Assembly: GCA_040757175.1 (NCBI GenBank)
Contig: JBFLXM010000004.1
Coordinates: 15,023-79,022 of the forward strand
Origin: Thermodesulfobacteriota bacterium
GTDB taxonomy: Bacteria > Desulfobacterota > Desulfobaccia > Desulfobaccales > 0-14-0-80-60-11
Direction of reading: 5' to 3'
Length of the DNA: 64,000 bases
How positions within the stretch are numbered: the first letter of the stretch is position 1; every line of letters begins with the position of its first letter. The notes under the pieces were generated by a model. The model saw only the letters and a list, made by a program, of their open reading frames with translations. It was not told where the DNA came from and made no database searches. This document shows positions 27,653-37,784 of the stretch, in pieces. The translations under genes and the position numbers were made by a program.

Positions 27653-27778
27653 ACCTCTGCGAAAGTCTCATGTGGAACAGCCGCCCTCGGCTGTTCACAC
27701 CTCATCTAGCAGCAGGCAAGGGCGCCTGCTCCACATTTTGATTAAGAAGGAAAGTATTGAGACTTTCGCAGAGGTCTC
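27650..27778. mobile_element. MITE family A, copy 2 (left terminus overlaps the autotransporter stop codon)
   Basis: The TIRs match the family, with the first base G>T so that TAG (27650-27652) forms the stop. The flanks are AATTT / AACTT. Confidence 0.8.
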
Positions 27779-27910
27779 AACTTTGAGATAATGGGCAACT
27801 ATCTCCCATTTAAAAGCAATATTCTGCTATGATTAAATTTGCCAGGATTGTCACTATTTCCTCCCGGCCCCGGGTTGCCCCCGGGAACGGCAAGAGTGAA
27901 AATGTCTCTC

Positions 27911-28106
27911 GTAGGGCGCGTCTCACGCGCCAAGAATGGTGCGTGAGACGCACCCTACAACCGTCTCGTTCCCAAGTTGTACTTGGGAACGGGATTGATT
28001 GCCAAGCTTAGCTTGGCGGACAAGGCGTTCCCAAGCACAGCTTGGGAACGAGAAAAAACAAATTGAAATCGCCGAAGACGGGATGCGCTGCGCTTTCCCG
28101 CCCTAC
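27911..28106. repeat. Cluster of GTAG-headed / palindromic REP-like hairpins
   Basis: At 27911-27958 the sequence is GTAGGGCGCGTCTCACGCGCC..GGTGCGTGAGACGCACCCTAC. At 27967-27991 and 28026-28050 it is CGTTCCCAAG-N5-CTTGGGAACG. At 28001-28017 it is GCCAAGCTTAGCTTGGC. At 28076-28106 it is GACGGGATGCGCTGCGCTTTCCCGCCCTAC. Confidence 0.7.
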
Positions 28107-28107
28107 T

Positions 28108-28135
28108 AAAAACTGAAAACTGGAAACTGAAAACT
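28108..28135. repeat. Heptanucleotide tandem array (AAAACTG-type, 4 units)
   Basis: The units are AAAACTG AAAACTG GAAACTG AAAACTA. The array ends 8 nt before the ATG at 28143. Confidence 0.8.
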
Positions 28136-28142
28136 ATAACTT

Positions 28143-29840
28143 ATGTTCAATCCCGTAAAAGTCACTGATGTCACCCTCCGGGACGGGCTCGAAGATTTCG
28201 TCCTCAGGCACCTGCGCCTTGATGATTTGGGACGCTTAGTCGGCCTCCTGGACCGGGCCGGGTTCTATTCCCTGGACTGCTGGGGCGGCTCCACCTTCTA
28301 CGCCGCGCTCATGGACCTCAAGGAAGACCCCTGGGAGCGCTTGCGAAAAATGCGCCGGGCGCTCTCCCGCACCCCCATCCAGATGATCCTCCGGGGCCGT
28401 ATGCTGGTGGGCTTCAAGCCCTACCAGGACGAGGTCATCCGCAAATTCATCACCCGGGCCGCACACCTGGGGGTGGATATCTTCCGCATCTACGACAATT
28501 TGAACGACCTGGAGAACATGGCCGCCGCCATCAATGCGGCCAAGGAACTGCGGAAAGAGGTGGAAGCCACCATGCTCTTTTCCCTCAACCCCCACGTCAC
28601 CGTGGACGATTACCTGCAACTGGCCGGGGGCCTGGTCAACCTGGGCGCGGACGTCATCTGCCTCAACGACTCCTTCGGGGTCATGACCCCCCACCAGGTG
28701 GAGACCCTGATCACCGCCTACCGCCGCTATTTCCACCAGCCCCTGCGGCTGCACCTCCACAACAACCATCAGGCCGCCCTGACTTCTTACCAGGAAGGGG
28801 TGCGCCAGGGCGCGGCCCTGGTGGACACCACCCTGGCCGCGCTCTCCTGGTCCTACGGCCCGCCCCCGGTGGAATCCCTGATGTTCTCCCTGGGGGGCTC
28901 CAGCTTTGATCCCCATCTCGACCTGAACGTCCTAGGGGAAGCCACCGAATACCTGGACCACCTGAAAGACAAATATAGCTACCGGGAACCCCCGCCCCGG
29001 AAGATGGACGACCGCCTGGGCCCGGACTACCTCCCCGGCCCCTTGAAGGAATTCATCCGGGAGGAACTGCAGCGCCAAAACGCCCGGGACCGGCAACAAG
29101 TGGTTTGCAAAGAGGCCCAGCAGGTCTGGAGCGACCTGGGGTATCCCATCCTCAAGGGCAGAATCCTGGAGATCGTGGGCCTCCAGGCCGTGCAAAATGT
29201 CCTGTCCGGCCAGCGCTACGGCACCATCATCCCCATCATGCAGAACCTTATCCGGGGCAAATACGGGCGGCTCCACTCCCCCATCCTCCTGGAACTGCAG
29301 AGCCGGGCCCTGGCCCTGGAAGACGAGCCCCCGGCCACCCTGGAAAAGGAAGGGGCTTTACAATCCCTCCCCGGCCTGGAAGCGGAGGAGGACATCCTCA
29401 CTTACAGCCTCTTCCCGGAGGAAGCCGAGGCCTTCTTCTACGTACGGGCCGACACCTCCCGGGCCCCGGCCGCGGCCCCGGCCCCCCAGGCGGCCCCCGG
29501 CCCTTACCCCTTTTTGGCCGCCCTCACCGCCTCCCGCCTCACCCTCAGCCATAAAGGCGACGAGGTGCAGACCTGCCTGGAGGGGGTGGGGTCCGTGCGC
29601 AAGGGCAAACAGGTGCTGTTTATCAATATCCAGGGGCATATTGAAGAGATCGGGGTGCAACTGGTCTCCGGCGAAGGCGAGGCCCGGGAATACCTGGTGA
29701 CTTTCCACGGGGACGCCTACCGCATCCGGGTGGCCAAGACCTTCCCCAAGGAACAGGAATTCACCCCGGTCTTTCTGGAAATCAACGGCCAGATGGAAGA
29801 ATTCCTCATCAAAGAACCGTCTGATAAGGGAAAAAGTTGA
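28143..29840 (+). CDS. Divergent carboxyltransferase-like (DRE-TIM / HMGL-like fold, PycB/OadA-like) protein without a biotinyl domain
   Basis: It has VTDVTLRDGLEDF (compare DTTLRD.HQS), ICLNDSFGVMTP (compare KDMAG) and LHLHNNHQ (HxH retained). Its length is PycB-like, but there is no AMKM biotinylation motif at the C-terminus. Confidence 0.6.
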   Translation: MFNPVKVTDVTLRDGLEDFVLRHLRLDDLGRLVGLLDRAGFYSLDCWGGSTFYAALMDLKEDPWERLRKMRRALSRTPIQMILRGRMLVGFKPYQDEVIRKFITRAAHLGVDIFRIYDNLNDLENMAAAINAAKELRKEVEATMLFSLNPHVTVDDYLQLAGGLVNLGADVICLNDSFGVMTPHQVETLITAYRRYFHQPLRLHLHNNHQAALTSYQEGVRQGAALVDTTLAALSWSYGPPPVESLMFSLGGSSFDPHLDLNVLGEATEYLDHLKDKYSYREPPPRKMDDRLGPDYLPGPLKEFIREELQRQNARDRQQVVCKEAQQVWSDLGYPILKGRILEIVGLQAVQNVLSGQRYGTIIPIMQNLIRGKYGRLHSPILLELQSRALALEDEPPATLEKEGALQSLPGLEAEEDILTYSLFPEEAEAFFYVRADTSRAPAAAPAPQAAPGPYPFLAALTASRLTLSHKGDEVQTCLEGVGSVRKGKQVLFINIQGHIEEIGVQLVSGEGEAREYLVTFHGDAYRIRVAKTFPKEQEFTPVFLEINGQMEEFLIKEPSDKGKS

Positions 29841-29852
29841 AAGAGAAAAGAC

Positions 29853-29986
29853 TCACCACAGAGACACAGAGGACACAGAGATTCACAGAGAATTAAGAAA
29901 AAGAGGGTGGACCTCTGGTCCACCCTCTTTTTTTGTTATTATTTTCTCTGTGTAACTCTGTGCTCTTTGTGTCTCTGTGGTGAATC
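29853..29986. repeat. 134-bp imperfect palindromic element built of CACAGAG-type short repeats
   Basis: The left arm is TCACCACAGAGACACAGAGGACACAGAGATTCACAGAGAA. The reverse complement of the right arm is TTCACCACAGAGACACAAAGAGCACAGAGTTACACAGAGAA. Confidence 0.7.
29902..29935 (+). terminator. Rho-independent terminator downstream of 28143..29840
   Basis: The hairpin is AGAGGGTGGACC-TCT-GGTCCACCCTCT, followed by TTTTTTT. Confidence 0.75.
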
Positions 29987-30004
29987 ACTTTCCAGGAGGT
30001 CACC

Positions 30005-30847
30005 ATGCGTACCCGCTCCCGGATGTTGCCCCCCGGTTGGTATCCCGGCAGTAAAAGTGCTTGTATCGCCGAAATTGAACAGATGGTGGCCGGGGTTAAA
30101 CCGCTGCCCTCCGGCACCAAGGTCTTCGGGGGCATAGTCCCCCACGCGGGCTGGTATTTCTCCGGTAAACTCGCGGCCCGGGTTTTTTGTCTGGCCGCCA
30201 AGGTGACCCAACCCCAGGTGGTGGCCGTTTTCGGCGGCCATTTGGGGGGCGATTCCCCGCCCTTGCTGGTCACGGACGCGGCCTGGGAGACGCCTTTGGG
30301 CGACATCCACCTGGCCACGGAATTTTACGAGCCTCTGCGGCAGCGCCTGCCCCTCAGGGAGGAACACCCCGGGGACAACACCATCGAGGTGCAGTTGCCC
30401 CTGGTCAAACACTTCTTTCCCAACGCCAAGGTCCTGGCGGTGCGGGGGCCCCACTCCCAGCAGGCCGTGGCCCTGGGGGAAGCGGTGGCGGCCATCGCCA
30501 AGGAACTGAAACTTAGCCTCCTGGCCTTCGGCTCCACGGACCTGACCCACTACGGCCCCAACTACGGCTGGGCCCCCAAAGGCTACGGCCCGGAGGCGGT
30601 GAAATGGGTCAAGGAAGTGAATGACAAAAGATTCGTGGACCTGGCCCTGAAACTGGACGGGGAAGGCATGCTCAAAGCCGCGGCCCGGGACCAGAGCGCG
30701 TGCAGCGCCGGGGGCGCGGTGGCCGCCCTGGCCGCGGCCAAAAAGATGGGGGCATCCAAAACCCACCTGGTGGACTACTACACCTCCTACGACATCATGC
30801 CCGGCGACAGCTTCGTGGGATATATGGGCGCGCTGCTGGAGGGGTGA
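30005..30847 (+). CDS. Memo-like protein (AmmeMemoRadiSam system protein B family)
   Basis: The length and motif PHAGWYFSG fit the family. The RBS AGGAGG is at 29994-29999. Confidence 0.75.
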   Translation: MRTRSRMLPPGWYPGSKSACIAEIEQMVAGVKPLPSGTKVFGGIVPHAGWYFSGKLAARVFCLAAKVTQPQVVAVFGGHLGGDSPPLLVTDAAWETPLGDIHLATEFYEPLRQRLPLREEHPGDNTIEVQLPLVKHFFPNAKVLAVRGPHSQQAVALGEAVAAIAKELKLSLLAFGSTDLTHYGPNYGWAPKGYGPEAVKWVKEVNDKRFVDLALKLDGEGMLKAAARDQSACSAGGAVAALAAAKKMGASKTHLVDYYTSYDIMPGDSFVGYMGALLEG

Positions 30848-31063
30848 GATAATTTTAAGAAAAAGCCGGAGACCCGGTAGCACAGGCTTTCCAGCCTGTG
30901 CGGATTACCGAGGCGGGGGGGACGCCCGCCCTACGATTTTTCATCGTTTCGGGTGAGCCAAGGGCTCATGAATTACTGTTTGGCAGGATGAAACCATCCC
31001 CGCGGACTCTCCACCCCGCCCAAATTTCCAAACCTTTTCTTTCGTTCATGCTATTGTGCATTT

Positions 31064-31300
31064 GTAAAACTAACTTACGACCTCCGTTACAATATTGCCT
31101 ATATCCGGCTGCAAGAAAAAGGCGCGGAGGTGGAAACCATCCACATCAGCGACGAACTGAATGTGGACGTTGCTCCCAACGGCACGGTTTACGGCATTGA
31201 ACTGCTGAACGCCAACCGCCAGCTTTTCACCGAGGATCAGGACAAGCTCATCATCGAAAACGAAGCCCAGGGAGGCCGCCAGGAAATAGAACTGGGTTGA
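31064..31300 (+). CDS. DUF2283-like small protein with no canonical start codon (possible pseudogene)
   Basis: The frame reads VKLTYDLRYNIAYIRLQEKGAEVETIHISDELNVDVAPNGTVYGIELLNANRQL...; the KLTYD..(D).YI.L...GIE.LNA pattern is typical of DUF2283. No ATG, GTG or TTG precedes KLTYD, so it is not in the ORF track. Confidence 0.4.
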   Translation, partial: VKLTYDLRYNIAYIRLQEKGAEVETIHISDELNVDVAPNGTVYGIELLNANRQLFTEDQDKLIIENEAQGGRQEIELG

Positions 31301-31480
31301 ATCAAAAGAGATGTGGGGGCGGGATCGGGGACTAAAGGCACCCGAGGACGCCCGCCCTACAGGTCTCTGCCCTCCCCCCACAGCCCCATCCCAACCCGCA
31401 TAAAGTTATAGTGGCTTAGGCTCAATCTTGTGCGGGAAATCCTCTCTTTGTAGGGTGCGCACTTTGCAATTCACAAGAAT

Positions 31481-32125
31481 TTAAGGATTTGTTAAAGCGA
31501 TTAAATCATTAATATCGAATATACTGATTATAACTTTTCTTAGTTCTTCTGTTTTTTCTTTCAATTCGGAAATGATCTGCTTTTGTTCATCAATTCGTTC
31601 CAACAACTTGACATCAGGCGCCATAGTATACTCATACCAACTTTTTATATCATCTATATCTTCCAAAGTAATAACTTGATTGATTATAAGCGTATCTTCT
31701 TCCATTTTGATTCGTATATCTCTAAGGTACATGAACGCTTCGCCTAGAGCCGATCCTTTAGACCACAAAAGACCATGTAACCTATCCCTTAATTCAGGCA
31801 TTAATATTTTGAATAGTTCATCCAATTGCCTATAACCTCCTAGTGAATTCAAAGATAATATTTTATCGCTTTGATCCATAATTTTTCTCTGTAAGACACC
31901 TATATACCCTTTCTGACCAATTTGAGATATTTCCTGTTTTGAATTAGCAATTAAATCAAATAGTTCTTCTGCATCTGATATTACATCTTGCAATTGCATT
32001 AAAAGTTTTATTAATTCTCTCCCTAAAAGTTTCTTCTTTCTTGAAGGCCCCATTTTTCTTATTTTCTTATAGCATTTCTCCAATATATCGAAGATAAATT
32101 TTATTGGTACTAAATATTCGAACAT
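31481..32125 (-). CDS. Hypothetical protein, strongly low-GC orphan
   Basis: It is a clean ORF in an AT-rich block. The ATG at 32125 (MFEYLV...) is preceded by GGGGGAAA, and the track TTG start is at 32140. I recognise no family for it. Confidence 0.5.
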   Translation of the reverse strand: MFEYLVPIKFIFDILEKCYKKIRKMGPSRKKKLLGRELIKLLMQLQDVISDAEELFDLIANSKQEISQIGQKGYIGVLQRKIMDQSDKILSLNSLGGYRQLDELFKILMPELRDRLHGLLWSKGSALGEAFMYLRDIRIKMEEDTLIINQVITLEDIDDIKSWYEYTMAPDVKLLERIDEQKQIISELKEKTEELRKVIISIFDINDLIALTNP

Positions 32126-32323
32126 CAAGATTTCCCCCAAAAAAGTAAATTATTTTACATAATACGTCTAAATCAATTTTTCATCAACTCCAAATAAGTT
32201 GTTTGAAGGGTCCGCCCCTTTGTTTATATATGGGATTGGGGGTGGGGGATTGGGGGAGGGCAGGCTAAGATCCACAGGCGAGACGCCTGTGCTACCGCCC
32301 CTTAGCCCCCTCCCCCAAATCTT

Positions 32324-33022
32324 TTACCCCTCCCCGCCGCTCGACCAGAACTCCCGGGCCAGGCGGGCCAGGAGGTCCGGGGGGGCCAGGGGTTGGGTGA
32401 TGGCGCTCATGGTCTCGGGGTTGACCTTGCCCTGGCGCACCACTTCCTCCCCGGCCTGGGTCAGGGCGTCCAGGACCGGCTGCACGGTTACCTGGAATTC
32501 AGGAATGGTGAGAAATTCCGAGGCGTTCCGGTAGATTTCGGCGATGAGGTCACCGGCCAGGCACAGGCGCCAGGTGAGGGACAAAGCATCAAACATGGTC
32601 TGCTCCCAAAAACCGCAGACGCTCAGGGTCACCACTTTGGGCATCTTCTCGAAGCGGTGGGGGACGGCTCCCTCCGGGACTTCTTTTAGTGGGTCCACCA
32701 TGGGCATGGTGCGCTCCACGAAGAGCTTCATGCGGGCGTTCATGGTGGCGTGGTAGATGGGGGAGGCCAGGACCACCACATCGGCCTGGAGGTAGCGGTC
32801 AAAGAGGGCGTCGGTCATGGCGTCCTTCTGGACGCATTTGCCCGGGGTCTGAAGCCAGCAACCGTAACAGCCCAGGCAATGGTTGATTCTGTAATTCCGC
32901 AGATAGAGGGTCTCGGCCACGGCCCCGGCCCGCCTGGCCCCGGTCAGGAAGGCCTGCAACACCAATTCGGTCTTGCTGGTCTCATTATCCCGGGGACTGC
33001 TGTTGAAAGCCAAGATATGCAT
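32324..33022 (-). CDS. Flavodoxin-like fold FMN reductase / iron-sulfur flavoprotein family protein
   Basis: The N-terminus is MHILAFNSSPR..., with CLGCYGCW...GKC, and the length is about 230 aa. Confidence 0.65.
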   Translation of the reverse strand: MHILAFNSSPRDNETSKTELVLQAFLTGARRAGAVAETLYLRNYRINHCLGCYGCWLQTPGKCVQKDAMTDALFDRYLQADVVVLASPIYHATMNARMKLFVERTMPMVDPLKEVPEGAVPHRFEKMPKVVTLSVCGFWEQTMFDALSLTWRLCLAGDLIAEIYRNASEFLTIPEFQVTVQPVLDALTQAGEEVVRQGKVNPETMSAITQPLAPPDLLARLAREFWSSGGEG

Positions 33023-33099
33023 ACGGTCCTCCCGTTAAAAAGGAATTGGGGGAAAAGGGAAGGGAACAAGACGCGCAGTGGCGGTGCGTCAAACGCACC

Positions 33100-33318
33100 C
33101 TACTCAAATTTGCTCCGGGGAATGCCCGATTGCCGGATGATTGACTTTAAGGTGCCGATTTTCAAGGTCGCATGGTCGGGGACGGGAACGGTAATCGTGC
33201 TGTTTGCCACCTTTTTCTGCATGACGATATGGCTGCCGCGGCGTCGAACCTCGGCAAATCCAAATTGGGTTAAAATTCGACAGACCTCCTGGCCGGAAAA
33301 AACCCGCAGCTTACCCAA
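33100..33318 (-). CDS. hicA: HicA toxin (mRNA interferase)
   Basis: It is 72 aa and has SGQEVCRILTQFGF..VRRRGSHIVM....VPVPDH..LKIGTLKSIIRQSGI. Confidence 0.85.
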   Translation of the reverse strand: MGKLRVFSGQEVCRILTQFGFAEVRRRGSHIVMQKKVANSTITVPVPDHATLKIGTLKSIIRQSGIPRSKFE

Positions 33319-33532
33319 CCGCTACCTCTACCTGGGTAACGTAAACCTCTTCCCGGAGGCGTTCCTGGATTTCTCGTGGAGAGGCGGACTCAAAAAACAG
33401 CTCCAGGGCTTCCCGAAGATTCTCCCTTGCTTCCTGAACGGTGTCCCCCTGGCTGGCGATATCCAGTTCCGGACAGAGAGCGACAAAGCCATCTCCTTCC
33501 CGTTCAATGATGGCGGTAAGCTGCCGTTTCAT
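33311..33532 (-). CDS. hicB: HicB-family antitoxin
   Basis: It is 73 aa and has AIIEREGDGFVALCPELDIASQGDTVQEARENLREALELF. It overlaps hicA by 8 nt. Confidence 0.8.
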   Translation of the reverse strand: MKRQLTAIIEREGDGFVALCPELDIASQGDTVQEARENLREALELFFESASPREIQERLREEVYVTQVEVAVG

Positions 33533-33664
33533 AAGCTGCTCCCTTATTATGCTAAGATACCCTAATGATTTTTTATACCTGAATTTCCAATTATTTTATA
33601 TCAAAAACAAGTCCCACAGGCTCGACGCCTGTGCTACCGGCCTTTACCCCCCCAAAACATCCCC

Positions 33665-34111
33665 TCAGTTCATCCTGATGGTCAGACCCTGGGGACCGAG
33701 GTTGAGTTTGAGGCCCTGTTGGGTGGCGCCGAGGTCGATGACCACGCCCCGTTCATTTTGCATGGCCAGGCCGGCCACGCCCCCGGCCAGGGCCACGCCC
33801 GCGCCCAGCGCGCCGTAGGTGCCGCTGAGGTCCCGGGGTTTTTTCAGGTTATAGACCTTGCCCCGGGCGCTGATTTTGGCGAAGCCCACGTCCCCCACGC
33901 TCAAGCCTTCCACGTGGAAGGGGTATTTTTTACCTTTAAACCAGAGGACCCCGTGGCCCCAACTGACGCCCACAATCGCGCCCACGCCTTTGAGGTCGAT
34001 GGTCACGTGCCCCACCTGGGGCAGGGGCTTTTTAGCCCCCAGGGAGGACACCCCAAGGATCAGAAAGATTGCCGTCAAGAAAAGAAAAATATTGCGAAGA
34101 GAACGTCCCAT
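33665..34111 (-). CDS. Secreted glycine-rich protein (possibly DUF1134/EipA-like)
   Basis: It has a signal peptide (LFLTAIFLILGVSSLGA) and Gly-rich beta segments. The family assignment is from memory only. Confidence 0.45.
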   Translation of the reverse strand: MGRSLRNIFLFLTAIFLILGVSSLGAKKPLPQVGHVTIDLKGVGAIVGVSWGHGVLWFKGKKYPFHVEGLSVGDVGFAKISARGKVYNLKKPRDLSGTYGALGAGVALAGGVAGLAMQNERGVVIDLGATQQGLKLNLGPQGLTIRMN

Positions 34112-34476
34112 TTATCTATCCCCTTTTTAAAACAGATCCCTGGAAGCGGTCATTTTCAGTTTAAGGACAAGAGATGGAAAGTCAAGGGCCAATCGTGAGG
34201 AAGGCATAGAACTACCGGCTGCAAGCCAGGGCGGCAGTTTGATCTAAATTGACTCCGCTTATACGGTCATGATAATTTATTGATTACCAGATGCGGCCAT
34301 CCCGGTTTTACGAATCAGACAGAGACACCAGCAGCCACCCGGATAATTCCTTTCCTGTCGCTGCTTACCAGGGCCCGGCGCTCTTCTTCTCCGGCAAACT
34401 CTAGTGCCGCCCCCAGCCCTTGCCGGACTGATATCCACCCCAAGGATTAACCGTTAAGAAATGAAGGAGATTTCCC

Positions 34477-35205
34477 ATGAAGAGATTTGTTACTTTAGCC
34501 ATGGTCTTGGCTGTGGTGTTGTGCGGCACTGCGGCCCGGGCAGATTTTTACGTGGTCGCCGGCGGCGGGGGCGTGGGCACCAAGATCACCAGCGTGCCTT
34601 ACACCATTACCCAGCCCGGCTTCTATTACTTCGGTAAAAACCTGACCTACAGCGGCAGCGGCACTGCCATCACCGTCAATGCCGATAATGTCACCCTCGA
34701 CCTTATGGGGTTTGGTCTGACTAGTGCCGGGTCAGGTCAGTTCGGTATTTATATGAATGGGCGCGCTAATGTGGAAATCAGAAACGGCACGATGCGCGGC
34801 TTTTATATTGGCGTCCATGAAGAAAATGTTAATTCTGGCAATAAACATCGCATTATTAATATCCGGGCCGATAACAACTATCACGGGATCTTTATGAATG
34901 GCACTAACCACTTGATTAAACACTGTAATGCCTCTAATAATACTAATTTCGGTCTCGTTTTAATGTCCGGTCTTATTACCGAATGCATTGCCTCTAACAA
35001 CGAATATGGCATTATTATCTCCGGCCCAGGCAATGTCCTGGGCAATACTGTTGTCGATAATGGTTCCCGTAATTTCTATCTTGGCAACGGCGTGGCTACC
35101 GCCATCATGGCGGACCGGAACAGCGCCTTCGGCCGGAACCCCAACTATTATGTCCACCCGGGAACCACGGGCGTCCAATGGGGGATTAACGCCGGCAGCC
35201 CGTAA
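34477..35205 (+). CDS. Secreted right-handed parallel beta-helix repeat protein
   Basis: The signal peptide ends ...GTAARADF. It has repeated ~22-aa N/G-rich turns (IRNGTMRGFYIGV, IRADNNYHGIFMNG, CNASNNTNFGLVL, CIASNNEYGIIIS). Confidence 0.6.
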   Translation: MKRFVTLAMVLAVVLCGTAARADFYVVAGGGGVGTKITSVPYTITQPGFYYFGKNLTYSGSGTAITVNADNVTLDLMGFGLTSAGSGQFGIYMNGRANVEIRNGTMRGFYIGVHEENVNSGNKHRIINIRADNNYHGIFMNGTNHLIKHCNASNNTNFGLVLMSGLITECIASNNEYGIIISGPGNVLGNTVVDNGSRNFYLGNGVATAIMADRNSAFGRNPNYYVHPGTTGVQWGINAGSP

Positions 35206-35331
35206 GACGGTTTCCGGTTTTCGGTTTCTCCCGGAGCTGCCACTTCTTGGAAACCTGCGCCGCCGGTTCTCCTAGCAAGTTTCAGTCATAGCTAGCCCAG
35301 GCTTTCCTGGCTGGCCGTTCGCGTGCAACTT

Positions 35332-35563
35332 GGGACCTCTGCGAAAGTCTCATGTGGAACAGCCGCCCCCGGCTGTCCACCCCTTATACCATGTTCGCAT
35401 TGTAGGGGCGGGTTTTAAACCCGCCCCTACAAGTGATATCAATATGTTAGCATGTTATTTTGTTTCATTTCAAAGCGAACATGGTATTATTTAGTAGCAG
35501 GCTAGGGCGCCTGCTCCACATTTTGATAAAAAAACCAGTAAATGAGACTTTCGCAGAGGTCTC
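35332..35563. mobile_element. MITE family A, copy 3, interrupted by a nested MITE-C
   Basis: The TIRs are GGGACCTCTGCGAAAGTCTCA ... TGAGACTTTCGCAGAGGTCTC, with a perfect 5-bp TSD AACTT (35327-35331 and 35564-35568). Confidence 0.85.
35387..35486. mobile_element. MITE family C, copy 2, inserted inside MITE-A copy 3
   Basis: It is near-identical to 2917-3016, with TSD TTA at 35384-35386 and 35487-35489. Removing the element plus one TTA restores the family-A internal sequence. Confidence 0.85.
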
Positions 35564-35676
35564 AACTTGGTATCAGTCCCTTTCCCCAAAACATTTTTCC
35601 ACACTAAAAAAGGCGGGCCAGGCCCGCCTTTCATTTTCAAGGTATGAAGCGTGGGCTCAGGTATCATTAACTGACA

Positions 35677-35702
35677 CCTGGCCCCTGCCCCCTGACCCCT
35701 GC
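35677..35702. repeat. Heptanucleotide array (CCCCTGR-type) abutting the groEL stop
   Basis: The array reads CCTGGCCCCTGCCCCCTGACCCCTGC. Confidence 0.65.
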
Positions 35703-35705
35703 TTT

Positions 35706-37361
<1,656 letters not shown>

Positions 37362-37421
37362 CTAAAAAAATTATCTGGAATAAAAAGGACTTAGATTGGT
37401 AAAACAACTTGATGCGGGCGC

Positions 37422-37709
37422 TTATTCGATGATGGCCAGGATATCTTCTTCCCGCATCATTAAGTACTCTTCGCCCTCAACCTTGATTTCGGTGCCGGAG
37501 TATTTGCCGAAGAGGACCTTGTCCCCGGCCTTGACCTGCAGGGCCATGCGCTGGCCTTGCTCACTCATTTTGCCGGGGCCCACGGCCACGACTTTGCCCT
37601 CAATGGGCTTTTCCTTGGCGGTGTCGGGAATGACGATGCCGCCTTTGGTGACCGTCAATTCTTCAGTCCGTTTGACCAAGACGCGATCATTCAAAGGTTT
37701 GACTTGCAT
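37422..37709 (-). CDS. groS: Co-chaperonin GroES (10 kDa)
   Basis: It reads [35 protein letters not shown]. Confidence 0.95.
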   Translation of the reverse strand: MQVKPLNDRVLVKRTEELTVTKGGIVIPDTAKEKPIEGKVVAVGPGKMSEQGQRMALQVKAGDKVLFGKYSGTEIKVEGEEYLMMREEDILAIIE

Positions 37710-37751
37710 GGAAAACCTCCTGATTGAAAAGATAAAAACCGATTGCCGGTA

Positions 37752-37778
37752 TTAGCACTCATTGATGGTTAGTGCTAA
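37752..37778. promoter_or_regulatory. CIRCE element (HrcA operator) upstream of groES
   Basis: It reads TTAGCACTC-N9-TAGTGCTAA, against the consensus TTAGCACTC-N9-GAGTGCTAA. Confidence 0.8.
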
Positions 37779-37784
37779 CAGTAG

